In this document: positions 24,924-39,010 of the stretch, in pieces
Numbering within the stretch: the first letter of the stretch is position 1
How the letters are laid out: the number at the start of each line of letters is the position of its first letter
The notes under the pieces: generated by a model
Database searches by the model: none
What the model saw: the letters and a program-made list of their open reading frames with translations, nothing else
Told to the model about the DNA's origin: nothing
Translations under genes and position numbers: made by a program
Source of the DNA: Lama guanicoe
Taxonomy: Eukaryota
Direction of reading: 5' to 3'
DNA length: 64,000 nucleotides
Assembly: GCA_013239625.1 (NCBI GenBank)
Contig: MU056000.1
Coordinates: 7,789,214 to 7,853,213 of the forward strand

Positions 24924-25569
24924 GTCTAGTCCTGTAAGACACAGGGTATCACTGACAGATGGCGTGAAGGACTGAATGCTAAAATGTAAACACCAACTAA
25001 ATGGGACACCAAAAATAAGAGTTTTGAAGCCTGTAAACTCACTGAACGTAGAAGAACAGCATTTCTAGGTGCTGGTATGTGTTTTAGGTGGGAGGTGGGG
25101 AAGAGGCAGAAGATGCTCTTTCATGGGGCGTGGCAGAGGAGAGCCACCGCACAAAAACGTGCAGCTGCGATCTTCGCGGGCACGTGTGATCTGTGGCTTT
25201 GAGGACGTGAAATATCATGTCTTAAGTCACCAGGCTCCTGGCATATGGTGAGGTGAGATCAGAGCGAGACAATACTGCGCCCGCCATGAGGGATGAGCCA
25301 CAGCTGAAACAAGCAGATGGTTAGAAAGGAGATGGTACTGAGCAGCCAGAGAGAAAGTACGGTTACTAATGAGAAAATGAAAACTGCCTGGAAGAAAGAA
25401 AAACAACCTGTGATATTAGGAAATGAGGATTTAAAAGCAGCAAGAATGTCCCAAAGGGCAGATCCATCAAGTGATAATAAACCAAATCAACATGTGCTCT
25501 CACTGTCGCCGGCGCCCAGACTGATTAAGACAAACGCTGGCTTCTGTCGCCAAAGCCTTAAAAGTATTC

Positions 25570-25800
25570 GTTGGTCTTGATATTTTACTTTAAAGAATTT
25601 ATCCTTGGGAAGTGATTAAGGACGTGGGTGAGATTTAGCCATACAGATGTTTATTGCGATTTAGTTAAACTTTGGAAGCAACCTAATTTTCTGATAATCG
25701 GGGACTGGTTCACACAACACAGAGGATCTCCTATGATGGAATTCTTGGTGGCCCTTCTGCATCCTGGTGTCAATGACTATTTACTGGCAAGGAAAGCAGT
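25570..25800 (+). mobile_element. L1ME-type ORF2-end fragment
   Basis: gaatttatcc...gatgtttattgc...tggaagcaacctaa...ggggactggtt. Confidence 0.55.
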
Positions 25801-26678
25801 CGCGCAGAGCCAAGTGATACACGGTCTACAGCAGCATGCAGAGTGAGGCCAAGGGGTGTCTGCGCCCACACCTGGGCTTCCCTTCAGTGCTGCACAGTCA
25901 CCTGGCTGCAGGTCCTCAGGGGCTGCCCAGTCTGCAAAGAATTTGCAAGCAGTGAAGTGAATAAAAGTTGGTCTTTTTTTTATTACTATGGATAGATAGT
26001 TCTAAACAATTCCAGTGATAAAATATCCCTCCTCACAGGGGTGGGGAGCTCCTACTGCACCCCCTTCATAAGCCACTGTACCCCTTTCCCTTTGGCGAAG
26101 AGAATGCCCAAGGTTCACCGAGGGTCATGGTTGTCCAACAAAGGCACTGCATTTCCCAGTGCCCCATGCAGCTCAGCTGCCAACGTGTCCCGTACACACT
26201 GGGGGTGTGTGAGCAAGTGATGGGTGCAGCATTCAAGGGCATCCTACAGGAAAGGGGACTCCCCTCCACGCTCTGCTCCATTTCTGCTCCTGGGCTGCGG
26301 ATGTGAAGAGCCGTCTTTGTCCCATGAGGAGGACGGCAGCATCTTAAAGACGAGAGCGTGGATCTAAGGAGCCTCGGGGGACACTTCAGACCAGGGCCGC
26401 CAGTGGCACCGACTTTCAGATTAATGGGAAATACACTTATCTACTCGCTACCAACTTGGCTATTTGATATGGGCCCTAACTCATGCTCTAACCCATGCAG
26501 TGTAAGTGTATTTTGAAAAGTTAAACAAAGCTCTGCTTAAATACAGAGAAAGGGCGCTGGAAGGAATCAGACCCAGCTGTAAATGGTTATGCAGTCCGTC
26601 CATAGGGAAGGTGGCGGAGGGGAGGGTGTTACTGTCTTCCTGTAGCTTACTGCTGTTTTACTCACATTATTTACACGT

Positions 26679-26681
<3 letters not shown>

Positions 26682-26711
<30 letters not shown>
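26682..26711. repeat. (GT)15 microsatellite
   Basis: Directly visible. Confidence 0.97.
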
Positions 26712-26714
<3 letters not shown>

Positions 26715-29700
26715 AAAATATATATATTTATAATTAACATCTCTTTTGTCTCAAATTAGGAGAAACATTTAAAATTTAAGTAAGTTTAAAATTCAAATCT
26801 CCAACGTACTGATTTAAACTAGCAATCAAATTCATTTTTGTGCCCTGGGATTTTGATTGTTATTTAGTCTCAGAGTCTCACGCCCGTGCCAACAGCAACC
26901 ACGTGACACAGTGGGCAACGTGTGAGGCTCCTCTAGAGGTGACACTCAATACAAAACCCTGAAAACCCAAGGGAAATTTTGGGGGATGGGATTTCATGGC
27001 ATCTAATCCCATTTCTGTATGTTGTATGCTAACCCCTTCAGAACAAAGCATTTTTCAGTCTGGCATGATCAAAGCACTGCTTCTCCAGGGATACTTTGAG
27101 ATACACACATACACCCTTGTTCACATGAATTGCAAGCTCGCAGATGATTATCGTGATACAGAATGTGCACCAGGTTTGGCGGCGATAGCAGACTCAGGAT
27201 GTGATAAAACGCAGCACTGCCGCTGAGAAGCCAGAGAGCAGCTTGAACCATAAATGGAAAGAGAAGGACCATGGAGGATTCTTGGCTCAGGGTGGCCTTT
27301 GAAGGCAAAGCGTCACCAAGAAGAAAGTGGCTGAGGCTGGGACCAGTCACAGCTCTGAACACTTACTGGAAACTACCCCCCAGCAAGAGCTAGAGGCCCC
27401 TGTGGACCATAGACTGGCCACCACTCAGCACAGCTGGTGCCGGGCGCTGGGCTAGACATCAAAGACAGAAAGAAGACCCACACAGTCCTTCTTAGTAAAT
27501 TCTCTCTCACGGGAGAGCAATTGATGTGAAAACTCCTGATGTGACAGACGCTAGAGGAGAAGTTTAAATAAAATCATGCGGACGTAGATTAGAGAGGGAC
27601 TAACTTTCTACTCGGGGGGAATCTCGGAAGGGCGGAGGTGATGTTTTACTTGGCTCTGAAGGGGATTCTCCTAGTAGTGGAAGGAGAGGAGGAGAAGGCC
27701 GGGCGGAGGAGTAGCTCGAGGCAAAGTCCAGGGCTGGCCTACGGGACGCTGGGATGGGCCAGGGAGAGGGCCTGGCACGTCCGCTAAGACATGTCCATCC
27801 TCACGGAAGAAACAGGAGCCTGAAAGCCCATTACTGTTGGTTTCGTGGGTAAAATGCCACGCTGTTTCCCTAAGTGAGACTTCCCACTAACCTGTGCATT
27901 TGACATCAACAGTCTAGAAAAGAGTAGTAATACTTGCTCTTAAATTGAGCCCAGGAGAGAGAAAGCCTACCATATAAAAATGCAGACCAGAATCATCTTT
28001 GAATTTGGATAGGTTTACGTCCTCACCCACGTGGATACGTGTCTATCCATGCTTGAATGAAAACATTCACGGGGATATTCAAGCAGAAGAGAGATTCTGC
28101 ATTCTAGGGGATCCTGCTGGTTTTAGCTCCATTTTTCTCTGTGGGCTTCTCTGTACACAGTCAGGTTCCCACAGAGTAGGTACTGAAGGCCCAGGTCTGC
28201 TTTGGTCAGCAGCCAGTGGTATCCTGCCACTTCACATCCACGTTTAAGCACCACGGATCCCAGGACACCCTCACAGGAATCTTGGCCATATCCCAAATCG
28301 AAAAACAAACCAGCAAAGATGCGTATTTCTACAGAAGGTGGAAAAGTAAATCAATCAAATTTATCTACTTCTGTTTCCCTGGACCTCGCCCTTCAGATTG
28401 CCACCGCTGCCGTGCTGCGCCAGGCTGCTGGCCCAAAGCCCTGTGGGGGGTGGGATGGGAGCGCAGTGAGGACCTGCTGGGTGAGATGAGCCTCTTGGCA
28501 AGACATGCAGACTGCTCTGGGGGAGGTTCTGCTTGAAAGAGCCAGAGAAACCAGTAATTTCTTATAATTCAGCAGTAGGCACTGAGCACCAAATCAGCAA
28601 TTAATGAATCTACAAAGTCCTTTTAGACCAGAGCATGATGCATAGCAGCGCCCGATCCATCCACACACAGGCGTTTACAGCCTGATGGTTCCAGTACCTT
28701 TCAATAGCAATCATTTCGTGAAATAAGAGTACGAATGAAGTATATCTTTGTATCATATATTTTCTTGAATTATCCCTATGAAGGATTTAAAAGAAAAAGG
28801 TTTTAAGATTTTTATTATAACGAAACCGGACTTGCAGAGTGTTACAGTATTTTCCTCAGGCACGGAATACCAATGCCGAAGGTGGAAGTCAACATAAATT
28901 TCTGGATTGCAGCAAGTGCAATCATTAAACCAATTATGATTTTTATGACTTTTGATTCCTGGTAAAATCTCTGGCTCCTCTGTCCTGGGAAGCATCCATT
29001 GAGGATTAGGTAACTTTTCATGTTACATAGCGTCTCATGCCTGTCTCTGAGGCATCTCAAATTTAAGAGAAGAAAATGTATCCACGTGTCTAAACAAACA
29101 CTGACTTGGTCAGTTAGTAGCTTTTTGAACATTATTTTTTTGAATAATACTTGAAAAGATTACAAATGCAATGCACATTGTAGGAAGTGTGTAAATAGAC
29201 AAGTACACGAAGCATCAGTCACTGTCTCCTGTCTTTGATCATGCCTACGTCTACATACAGGCCTGTTTTTATATTTCTTTCTTCACCACACTCAGTATCA
29301 TACACTTTCCCTCATCACCACCCATTCTTTAAAAACCTGACTTTACAAGCAGTAAAGATAACCAGGAGATGGATGGTACCTGACCATTTTCATGGCTGTA
29401 AACCTAGAACTCCTCTGTTTACGGCTTCATTAAGCTTGACACTGAATTCCCTGGCACTTCAAAATAGTTTCGTACTATGTTAGAGCACAGCTTGAAACCC
29501 TTTTAAAAAAACTATCATTTGGCTGAAATAACTCTGAAGCTTCTTTATAAACAACAAAGTTCCATAGGATTTTAACTGAGGGTAGTTTCAGCAAAACTTT
29601 CTTAAAGAAATTCTTCTTTTTCTCTCATAAAAGAGTATTGTAAGAAAGAAATGGGGCAAACAAATCACATAAAGTTTCATTGAGGCTTTTGGTGAAAAAT

Positions 29701-30104
29701 CATAAAATTTTATTTATCACTTTACCTTACTCGACTTAGAAAAGAGTTCATTGATGTCATCAAATTTGATTTGAAGTACAGCGTTCTACGGTGGGAAATC
29801 GCTCACCGTGACATTTCATGGAGGCAGCTAACACCTCGAAAGAAGGGCTATATGATGAATGCTGTCTTCTGATCTGTGACTTCTCTGAACCCAGTCAAAT
29901 CCTAATCTCACCTGTCATTTAAAAGATTTCAAGCCAGGTCTCACTGTGGCAGAGTTGGAGAAAGGGTTTGGTGTCTGGGCAGATCTCACAAAATGAGACA
30001 CCAGTGAGACACATGAGCCATCAGAAGGATGTGTTTCAGGATCCAAGCAATAGACTGGAGAGAAACTCTTGAAATCAGAGTGTATTCATCTAGGTTTCAA
30101 GTTT

Positions 30105-30215
30105 GCCTTTCTTTTCTTTTCTTTCTCCTTCCTTCTCCCTTCCTCCCTCCCTTCTTCCTCCCTCTCTCCCTCTCTCTCTTTCTCTCTCTCCACCTCTCCC
30201 TCTCTTTCTTTTTTT
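30105..30215. repeat. CT-rich low-complexity tract
   Basis: Directly visible polypyrimidine run on the + strand. Confidence 0.9.
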
Positions 30216-31698
30216 GCCAAGGCTAATTTGTATGAATGGAATTTCATGAATCTGCCTTCCAAAGCTGCCTGGGCCCATCACGGAGGCTCTGAGTCCTCAG
30301 GTGGCAGGGGAGACTCGGATGATGATCACTAGGCACCATGTTCCCACCCTCAGGCCCGTCTTCCTTCCACCTCAGTGCGCTGGCTCACCTTCCAGGATGA
30401 AGCGGTGCAGGGACTGGGCCCCATGGTATAAGCACTGCCAAAGGAGACCATGAGAAGAACCCATGTACCTCTGTTAGGCATCTTTCATTTGTTTGATACT
30501 GATACCCACAATAGTCTGGCGCCCCTAAGGTCCTGAACTTAGGGTGGGAGCACTGAGGTGGTCCAACGCCTGGCACAGAGGAGCTGCTGGCTGACCGAGG
30601 CCTTCCCCGGTGGGAGGCTTCTAAGTGGCTGAATTAAGCACCATGGCTCAGTCCTCCGAAAAGGTTCCTGCGATGCAGGGAGAGACGGAAAACATGGAGC
30701 ACTGCGCCTTGACCAAGAGACAGAGCAGGGCTGGGGATTCACTTCTCAGAGTGGAAGGTCACCGTCCAAGAGACACCAAGCCGGTATCTCCTAAATTCTG
30801 GGCGTGTTTAAGCTGGAACACACAGACCCAGAGGCTGGAGAGAGACCTGGAGCAGCCCTCAGGGACCATCTACAGCTCAAGAACCGGAACCCACAAATAT
30901 GCTACCCGTGGTGTGTTTAGGTCAAACGCAGGAATTATACTTAATTATAATGTATAATGCAGGAATTATACTTAAAGACACATTCCCATAAATCCTTACC
31001 CTAAATAAAATAGTTCCTTTAACCCTCCCTCAAAGTAAAGCTATTTCTAAAATAGTTTAGAAAACAAGTGCTCTGTAACCTAAACAGATTGAATTTTGAC
31101 TTAAAAACCTGGCAAGACAGAGCGCTGGGAACTCCGTCCTGCTTTCTCAGTCGTCCGCTCCGATGACAGTCGGATCTGGGGTCTGTGCGGCCCTCAGCAG
31201 TTGGACATACGACCACAGCGGCCAGAGGAAAGCTGGACATATGGCCACAGTGACCAGGGCAAGGCTGGCGGGAGAACCACCGTGCCCAGAGAAGATGGGG
31301 AGACCTCAGGAGCGGGGATTCCTGGCAGCGGCAGGGCGGGTGCTTTTTCGCTTTACTCCCTTACCTGGGGGCCTGATGGGTGAGCGGTTCCGCCTCCCAG
31401 AGCCTCCCAGGGAGAGGGGTGGAGGCTGCTCTGATTCTGCCAAGGCTGAGCCGCAGCTTCGGGGCCTTCACTGCAGGGCCACCTACTTACAGCTGCTTGA
31501 GGTAAAGGCCGCTGCATCGTGAACAGGCCTCTCCGGCGGGACAGCTTTCTGAATTCATCGAACTGTCCCCCAGAGCCAAGCATCTAACGTCATTCTGTTG
31601 GAAGGGCTGGGAATTCTCAGACTGCTACCCCCGTTTTCCAACAAGAAGTGCAAGGTCGCATATCCACAAGTTCCAAAACGAGCTATAAAATACGTGTT

Positions 31699-31986
31699 AT
31701 TTACAAAACAGAAACAGGCTCACAGACATGGAAAACAGATGTATGGTTACCGGGGGGAAGGGGTGGGAAGGGATCAACTGGGAGTTTGAGATTTGCAGAT
31801 ACTAACTACTTCATACAAAACAGATGAACAATCAAGGCCCTACTGTGGAGCCCAGGGAACTTCACTCAGTATCTTGCAGTAACCTACAGTGACAAGGAAT
31901 ACACGTGCATCCAAGTACGGCTGAAACACGATGCTGTACACCAGAAACTGACACAACATTGTAAACTGACTCGACAGGAAAAAAAT
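31699..31986 (+). mobile_element. Cetartiodactyl-type L1 3' end (5'-truncated)
   Basis: ttacaaaacagaaacaggctcacagac...gggagtttgagatttgcagatac...gctgtacaccagaaactgacacaacattgtaaactgac. TSD atacgtgtt at 31690-31698 and 31987-31995. Confidence 0.9.
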
Positions 31987-32240
31987 ATACGTGTTGGGTT
32001 TCTGTGCCTCTCTCCTCCGTTTCCCCTCTCAGGCCGCACCTATTCTGTGCCTTTGTACCACCTGCAAGGCACCCGCTTGCTCCCCACCGGAACCTCAATA
32101 AATGTGAGTCAACACAAAGAATCAGCACCTGCGTCTGACTTGACTGTGAGCTGGCACCCGAGAGCCTGCCGGCGACGCTAGTGGCTCTTTCCTTCTGAAA
32201 TTTCCTATCTTGGTTTGGCTGTAGAACCAGAGGGGAATCA

Positions 32241-32678
<438 letters not shown>

Positions 32679-33349
32679 TCAATCTTCACGCACACGTTTT
32701 TCTTTGGATGCATTTAGCCGGGGCCCCTAAAGAAGTCTCCCTTGACAGCTGCGGTGGAAAGAGTTTAGAGACGCTTGGAAAAGTCCTGAGACCTTATCTT
32801 CCCCTCAAAGAAACTACTTATGAACAATAGTTACTTTTATGAACAGCTGTCACTGTTGACTGAAGTTCACTTGTGAGTGAGGGAGAACCCACAACCACAG
32901 GAGGCCCTGGAGGCGGTCCACTCCCGGACCACTGCCGCCTGGGGATGAGGGCTCAACATCACCAAAAGTACAGATAACGGGACTTCCGTCAGCTCGGGGA
33001 GGGCGACACTAACGCTGACTGTCTGCCAGGGCACTTTCTGGGAGTAAAACGGGGCAAGGGCGGCAAACCGGGCTGTCTCAGGCAAGCCAGCGTCCGTGGC
33101 CACCAGGGACGCTGCGGATGCTCCTTGCCACGGCTGGCGCTCCCGTTTCCTTCGCGTGGGGGCTGAAGGGTGGTTAAGGACACACGTCATACAGCTGCAC
33201 GCCTGTGGAGCCTCAGGCCTCTGACTGCCGCTGTGTGACTCGGACGGCGCTCCCGATGTCTCTGTGCCTGAGTAACGCCCTCTGTAAGGTGACCCTAACA
33301 GTGCTCACGTCTTACGATGCTGTGTGGTTTAGGGGATTTAAAGTGTTCA

Positions 33350-33841
33350 TGTGCGGTGGGCAGAATAAAGCTCCCCACCCCAAAGACGTTCACATCTTAA
33401 TCTCCGGAACCTGTGAATGCATTAGGTTATGTGGTGGGGGAGAGTTGACCTTCAGATGGCACGGCTGGGAGGGGACCACACAGTCGGGCCCAGTGGACTG
33501 GACGGAGATCCAGATGGGCCCATGTAATCATGAGGGTCCTATAAGCAAAAGGGGGAGGCAGAAGAGTTAGGGTGAAACAGTGTGGGAAGGACACGACCTG
33601 CCATTGCTGGCTTTAGAGATGGAAGAAGGGGCCATGAGCCACGGAATGTGGGCGGCCTTCTAGAAGTTGTAAAAGACAAGGAAACAGATGCTTCCTACGA
33701 GCCTGCAGAAGGGATGCAGCTCTGTCCACACACAGATTTTAGCCCAGCAAGACCCATTTTGGACTCCCGATCTCCAAAACGGTAAGATAATAAATCTGTG
33801 CTTTTAAGTCACCATGTCTGTGGCTATGGAAACTAACCCAC
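33350..33841 (+). mobile_element. MaLR solo LTR (MLT1D-like)
   Basis: gcagaataaagctcccc...aaagacgttcacatcttaatc...ggccatgagccacggaatgtgggcggccttctagaag...taagataataaat. Confidence 0.85.
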
Positions 33842-33919
33842 TGTGTACATACAAAGCAGAGTGCCCGGCACACAGTAAGTGCTTTACGAGGACACATCGT
33901 TAACAGTAGGGGAGGCAGT

Positions 33920-34045
33920 ACCACTGGGAGGGCCAGGGCTTGTGACCTGGAGCTAATCCGTCCGTGATGGAGTCCTGGCTCCGCCATTTAATGAGCTGTG
34001 TGACCTTGGCCAAAGTACTAAATCTCTCTGTGCTCCTATTTCCTC
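33920..34045 (+). mobile_element. MIR fragment
   Basis: tcctggctccgccattt...gctgtgtgaccttggccaaagtactaaatctctctgtg. Confidence 0.75.
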
Positions 34046-36609
34046 CCAAAGACCCCACTGCCAAATTGGAGATTAGCTCTCAACATATGAATTTTGGGGG
34101 AAACAAACATTCAGTCCAATGCATCAACCTTTTGATTTTTGCTCTGGATTTGAGGAACTGAAGGAAGAAGAAAAAAAAACACCTAACTTTCAAAAAGGAT
34201 AACATAATGGTGGAAAAAAAAACTGAACTGAACTAAGTTTTATTTTTAAAAGCACACCAACTTGGCTATCATTTTTCAGTGACCAACTGTGCAAACAGCC
34301 ACCACTCAAGGCATGGGACATTGTTCCATTTTACAGATGAAGGAAACAAGACTGGAAGCCATCAGAGACTCATAGCAGAATGTACCATTTCTCTCTTGTC
34401 CTGGGTTGGGACTGGAAGGGGGTGGGGGCTGCCAGGGTACAGATCCTGCACTGCTCCCACCTACAACTGGAATTTGGTAAAAGGCAGCAGATGTCTTTGA
34501 CTTGACTCCTGGGGGCATGAAAATCAACCAGAAAAACCAGTTTTCAAGGTATATTTCTGGAGCCTTTGCCGTTCCAGACCTTGTCAGCTTTTCAAGGTTT
34601 CATGGGCTGCTAATCCCACAGGCTTTGAGTCAACTTGATTTTCTATTTCAAGCGTCCTCTCGGCATCAAAAAAGAACCGACATGAAAGCAGGTAAGCACA
34701 GGACGATGCATGAGACAGAGAAAAGTCTCTCACTGGAAGGAAAATGTTATGGCATAAGTCAGAACGATTTTTAAATCAGCTCAAACTGATTTTTCTTACA
34801 TCAAAGACTTGGGAGAATAAACTTCTTTCTCATCCTGCTGTTCGTCCTCCCTGGGGGCACATCCATGCCTCTAGTTTAACAAATGACTACTGGGGAATAA
34901 ATCTGCAGGTTCGAGAAATGCTCTATCATCTACCTGTGGCTGGGGGATGATCTGCAGAGAAGACGGATGGGGAGAGAGAAAGCGGCGGTGGGGGGTCGGG
35001 GGAGGAGGAGAAGAGGTGGTTTAGAGGGAAGGATGTGGGGGGGGTGTTCCCAGGAACCGAACTCATCTCTCTCCTTCAGCTTGTTTTAGGAGAATTACCA
35101 AGTCAAGCGCTTTTCTCCGAAGGGTACGGAAAAAAAAAAAATAAATAAAGACCAGCGCCCGTCTTTCGTGGCGACACCAGCAGAAGGCGCATGGCAGCTG
35201 TTGGTTTTGGTTTCCATATGCATTGCTGTCACCAGAGCTTTCAACAGCTCCTCTTGGTCACCAGGGTCATTTTGATTCCTTATTTTCTATTAGAAAGGGC
35301 TAATTTGGAAGCTGTCTGTAGAATGTGCCACCATATGTTACCCATTCAACAAACTGTCCCAATTATGGGAGCCGAGCTGAGGGCGTGCACGGCATCCAGG
35401 CTCTTTTACTCATTAACTTCGCTGGCCCCGGAGACAGCGTGCACTCACATTCTTCCCGCCTCTAACTTGTCGTCGTGAAAGCTCTGAAGTGGCCGAGCAC
35501 AGGGCTGAGTGGAAAATAACAGGACAATAATAATACGTTTAAAATTGAACAGCACATTCTGGCCTGCAGAGCACCGCCCCGGGCGGTTAATCACATTTGG
35601 TTCTTTCACCAGCTACGAGGATCCTCCTCGTCTCCAAGGGGAGGTTGCTCGGGTCCTGCCTCTGGTCGCTGGGAGGGGGAGAAAGCACATCTGTCAGCAT
35701 GGTCCTAATTTTTCCAGTTGACTCTTTGGTGGAAAACGTGGACACTAAGACAGAGGGTCTCCAAGCTCCGCCAAGAGTCTGAGGAGTCTGGTCATCCAAG
35801 GCATCAGAAAACAGCATGTGTGCCTCACAGCACTTTGATTTTGGACCACACTCTTGGAGGCTGCCTAACCCACCACACTAGTGGTGCGGGCACTTGGCCA
35901 AGGCAAGAGAAAGTTGACTCTTCTTTTATTTTCAACTGCAAGGCCCAGGCAGTATTCTCGCTTGCTTGGTCTCCATCACAGTAAGCGGCTTCAGGTCCCC
36001 TGCCTTAGTCTTTACCACTCGGAATATTAAGATCCTTGGCAGCTTCTGTGAAATACGAATTACTTTCAGCAGCTTTTTAAAAACTAAATCCCATGTCTGT
36101 TGTGTTAACAGGTATCTGTATATACTCAAGACATCTTCTTGACTGGTTGCCTCTTTAGGGACTTAATTTTCCTGTCAATGATATGAAAAGGTCTATAATG
36201 GCTGTTAAGGCTTTTACAAGAGAGGTTGATTCAATCTTTTATAGAATATTTCACTTTTGCAATTGATAACATGTACACAGTAAATGAATGGATGCGAATG
36301 GAACTGAGTGGCAGTGTCAAGATGACAGTGTTCGTAACTGGACTGACCTCGTCTTAAAAGGGCTGGCGTCCCAGCAGAGATCATGGATTCCGATCTTTAG
36401 GGAGTAGGGCTCAGGAATCAGTAACTTCCTAAACTTTTCAGTCACTCTAATGTGTAGCGAAGATTGAGAAGTGCCATGCGAAATCATCCCCATGCCATTA
36501 GCAACTAAATGAATAAAATCAGTCTTGCTTGTTCTTTATCTGACCTGCCAACTCAATTACATTATTCTGTATTCTCGATTGGAGTCCACTGTAAAGCTGG
36601 ATCTACTAA

Positions 36610-37015
36610 GGTGGGTTCGCAATCCAAGATGCACATGGAATGACCAGAGGAAATTTCAGAGGAGCAGACATCAGAGACGAGAGTTGGACATTCGGATTCA
36701 GGGGGCTGTGGTAGGGGTGGGTCCAGGCATGCGCATTTATTAAATGCTCCAAAGGCAATTCTGATGAAGAGTTGGCATTAAAACTGTGGGATTAAGGCTT
36801 TGGTTCACAACCAGGGCCATTTTTTAATTCTTCATGGCACATTTGGCAATGTTTGGAGACATTTTTGTTTGTTACAATGGGGGTGGGGGGCACGGTACTG
36901 GCATCTTGTGGGTGGAGGCCAGGAACGCTGCTCAGTATCCAGCAGGGCACGGGATCACCCCCAGTAAAGCAATACGCAGCCCAAAATGCCAACAGTGTGG
37001 CTCTCGAGAAGAGCT
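36610..37015. mobile_element. Adjacent MER5-like and MER20 hAT MITEs
   Basis: MER5-like 36610-36790 (ggggtgggtccaggcatgcgcattt...caattctgatg). MER20 36798-37015 (catttggcaatgtttggagacatttttg...ggtggaggccaggaacgctgc). Confidence 0.7.
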
Positions 37016-37677
37016 TACTAAGGTGTCATGCTCACCACACCTATTACTTTAGAGCATCAGTAAAGTCTGCGTTTATAGGATATTATGAAATTACAGATTC
37101 TTATTTAAAGTGAATCAACACGAATCAAAAGACAAATTAAGATAAAACAAAACAGCTCAAACACTGGAGAAGCTCACCCAATTCTATTTTGGTTTGTGAA
37201 GTAAAACACTGAGTAGACACTAATGATTAACATTTTGACAGCCTCGTTAATTTAGCATTTTGATGGCATTTATTTAGACTTCATCAGGCATTCTTTAAAT
37301 GGCATTTGATAGAATTAAGCTGTGAAAAAGCTATCTTGTAAGAATACAGGCTTATTCAAATCTCAGGTAGTTTTAATATTTCCTTTTTCTTTTGAAAGTG
37401 GATTTTAGAAAATAAAGCTAGAAGACAGTGGGTACCCTGGTGTGTGAAAGTTTATACACTCATCTGGAACACCTGTAGTTTGAGTTACTTTAATTGTCAC
37501 GTGCTACTAATCAAGAATTAAGTGTCTAGTTCTAGGCTAGGATTGGAAGCCCTGTCGATACAGATTTCAGACTCAAAGTATTAAACTCCGCGCTAACTCC
37601 TCATCCTTGTTAGCCGTTGTTTAGTCCCCGGACATCTTTATTCTGTAAGACGCTTCACCTGTGCAAACACAACAGAC

Positions 37678-37795
37678 CTTGCTATCAATCTCACTGCTCC
37701 CCAGCGCAGACTGAATCACGTAGAGCAGCGCGTCCGTGAGCCCGTCGCACTCCCGCATCCTCCTGCGAGCTTCCTCTCCGGCCGAACTAACGTTC
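37678..37795 (-). CDS. CTNND2: Catenin delta-2 internal coding exon (~exon 13), 118 nt, ARM repeat region
   Basis: Encodes (R)[39 protein letters not shown], recognised delta-catenin sequence. Acceptor tttgcAG at 37797-37796, donor AAG|GTCTGT at 37677. Phase 2 in, phase 0 out. Confidence 0.97.
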
Positions 37796-37821
37796 CTGCA
37801 AAGCAAAAAGGGTGTCTCAGC

Positions 37822-38130
37822 AAATGAATGGATCTCCAAAACAGAAAGAGACACACAGGCATAGAAAGCAAACTTAAGGTTACCCGGGGCAGTGAGGAGG
37901 GGAGAGGAGGAGTAAATTGGGAGTTTGGGATTTGCAGATACACACTACTATGTATAAAATAGATGAATGACAAGGTCTGAGTCTATAGCACAGGGGACTG
38001 AACTCCATATCCTGTAATAGCCTAAAATAAGAAGAATATGAAAATGAATATACGTATATAACTGAATCACTATGCCATACACCAGAAATTAACACACCAT
38101 TGTAAATCGACTATATTTCAATTAAAAAAA
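37822..38130 (+). mobile_element. Cetartiodactyl-type L1 3' end inserted in the 3' splice-site region of exon ~13
   Basis: aaatgaa...caaaacagaaagagac...gggagtttgggatttgcagatac...actgaatcactatgccatacaccagaaattaacac...ttcaattaaaaaaa. Degenerate TSD aaaaagggtgtctcagc (37805-37821) / aaagagaggtgtcagc (38129-38144). Confidence 0.9.
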
Positions 38131-39010
38131 AGAGAGGTGTCAGCATCCTTCATGGTGGTCATCAAAAGAGCGTTCTTTTGCCCACCTGCTGAGATAGCTT
38201 TAATGAAAACACTGCCTTTTCAAAGCATGTACCAAGAATATAGTTTTAATGAGTAGGAATGGCTTCCACAAATGCCTCCTAGAACCGGCTGAATCACGAT
38301 GTCTGCAACGGAACACTAGAGAGGGAGAATGCAGAACTCCAAACACGCCATCCCTGACAGTCCTGCGACCACTAAGGACGGAGACTTTGGAAAAGTCTTC
38401 AAGGTCTGCTTCCCTTACATTCGACAAGGGAATCAGAAGCTCTTTGATTCAAAGGATTCCTCTTCTTTGAGAAGGCTGAAATTCCTTTCAAAGACAAAGC
38501 TTCCAACTTAGTGAAATATCTTACAGCCCTAAGTTCACCTGCCTCAAAAATATACCTACCTTGGCCCCACCAGAGGTAAACTTCTAAAATTTATCCCAAG
38601 AACATAAATAGAGGTTTAGGTGAAAACTGAGTCATCGGAGTGCCCATGGCACCTTTTATGGGTCGGAGAAGCCCAGGCTCCTTCCTGTAACGGCAAAGGG
38701 AGCTAAAGCCAACCGAAGGGGCCTCTTGTAATGGACACACAGCTGGGAGGCAGACAGCACGTCTCGACCTACAAGACACGAGACAATCCAGTCGAAGGTG
38801 AATCGTCGGGGTGCTTGTCGTCACGTTCTTCGTCTGCTAACCACGGCTAGGATGCACTTCCAGTAGAGACTTTTGCAGTGACTGACTCAGGGACAGCACA
38901 GCCTTTTGGAGGGGTGCTGGAGGAGGTGAGTTAACAGAAGGTACCAAGGGACAGAAAGAATTTAGAAACTTGGGGAAGGGTGATGGAAAGAGAGAATGAT
39001 CTAGGTAGGA

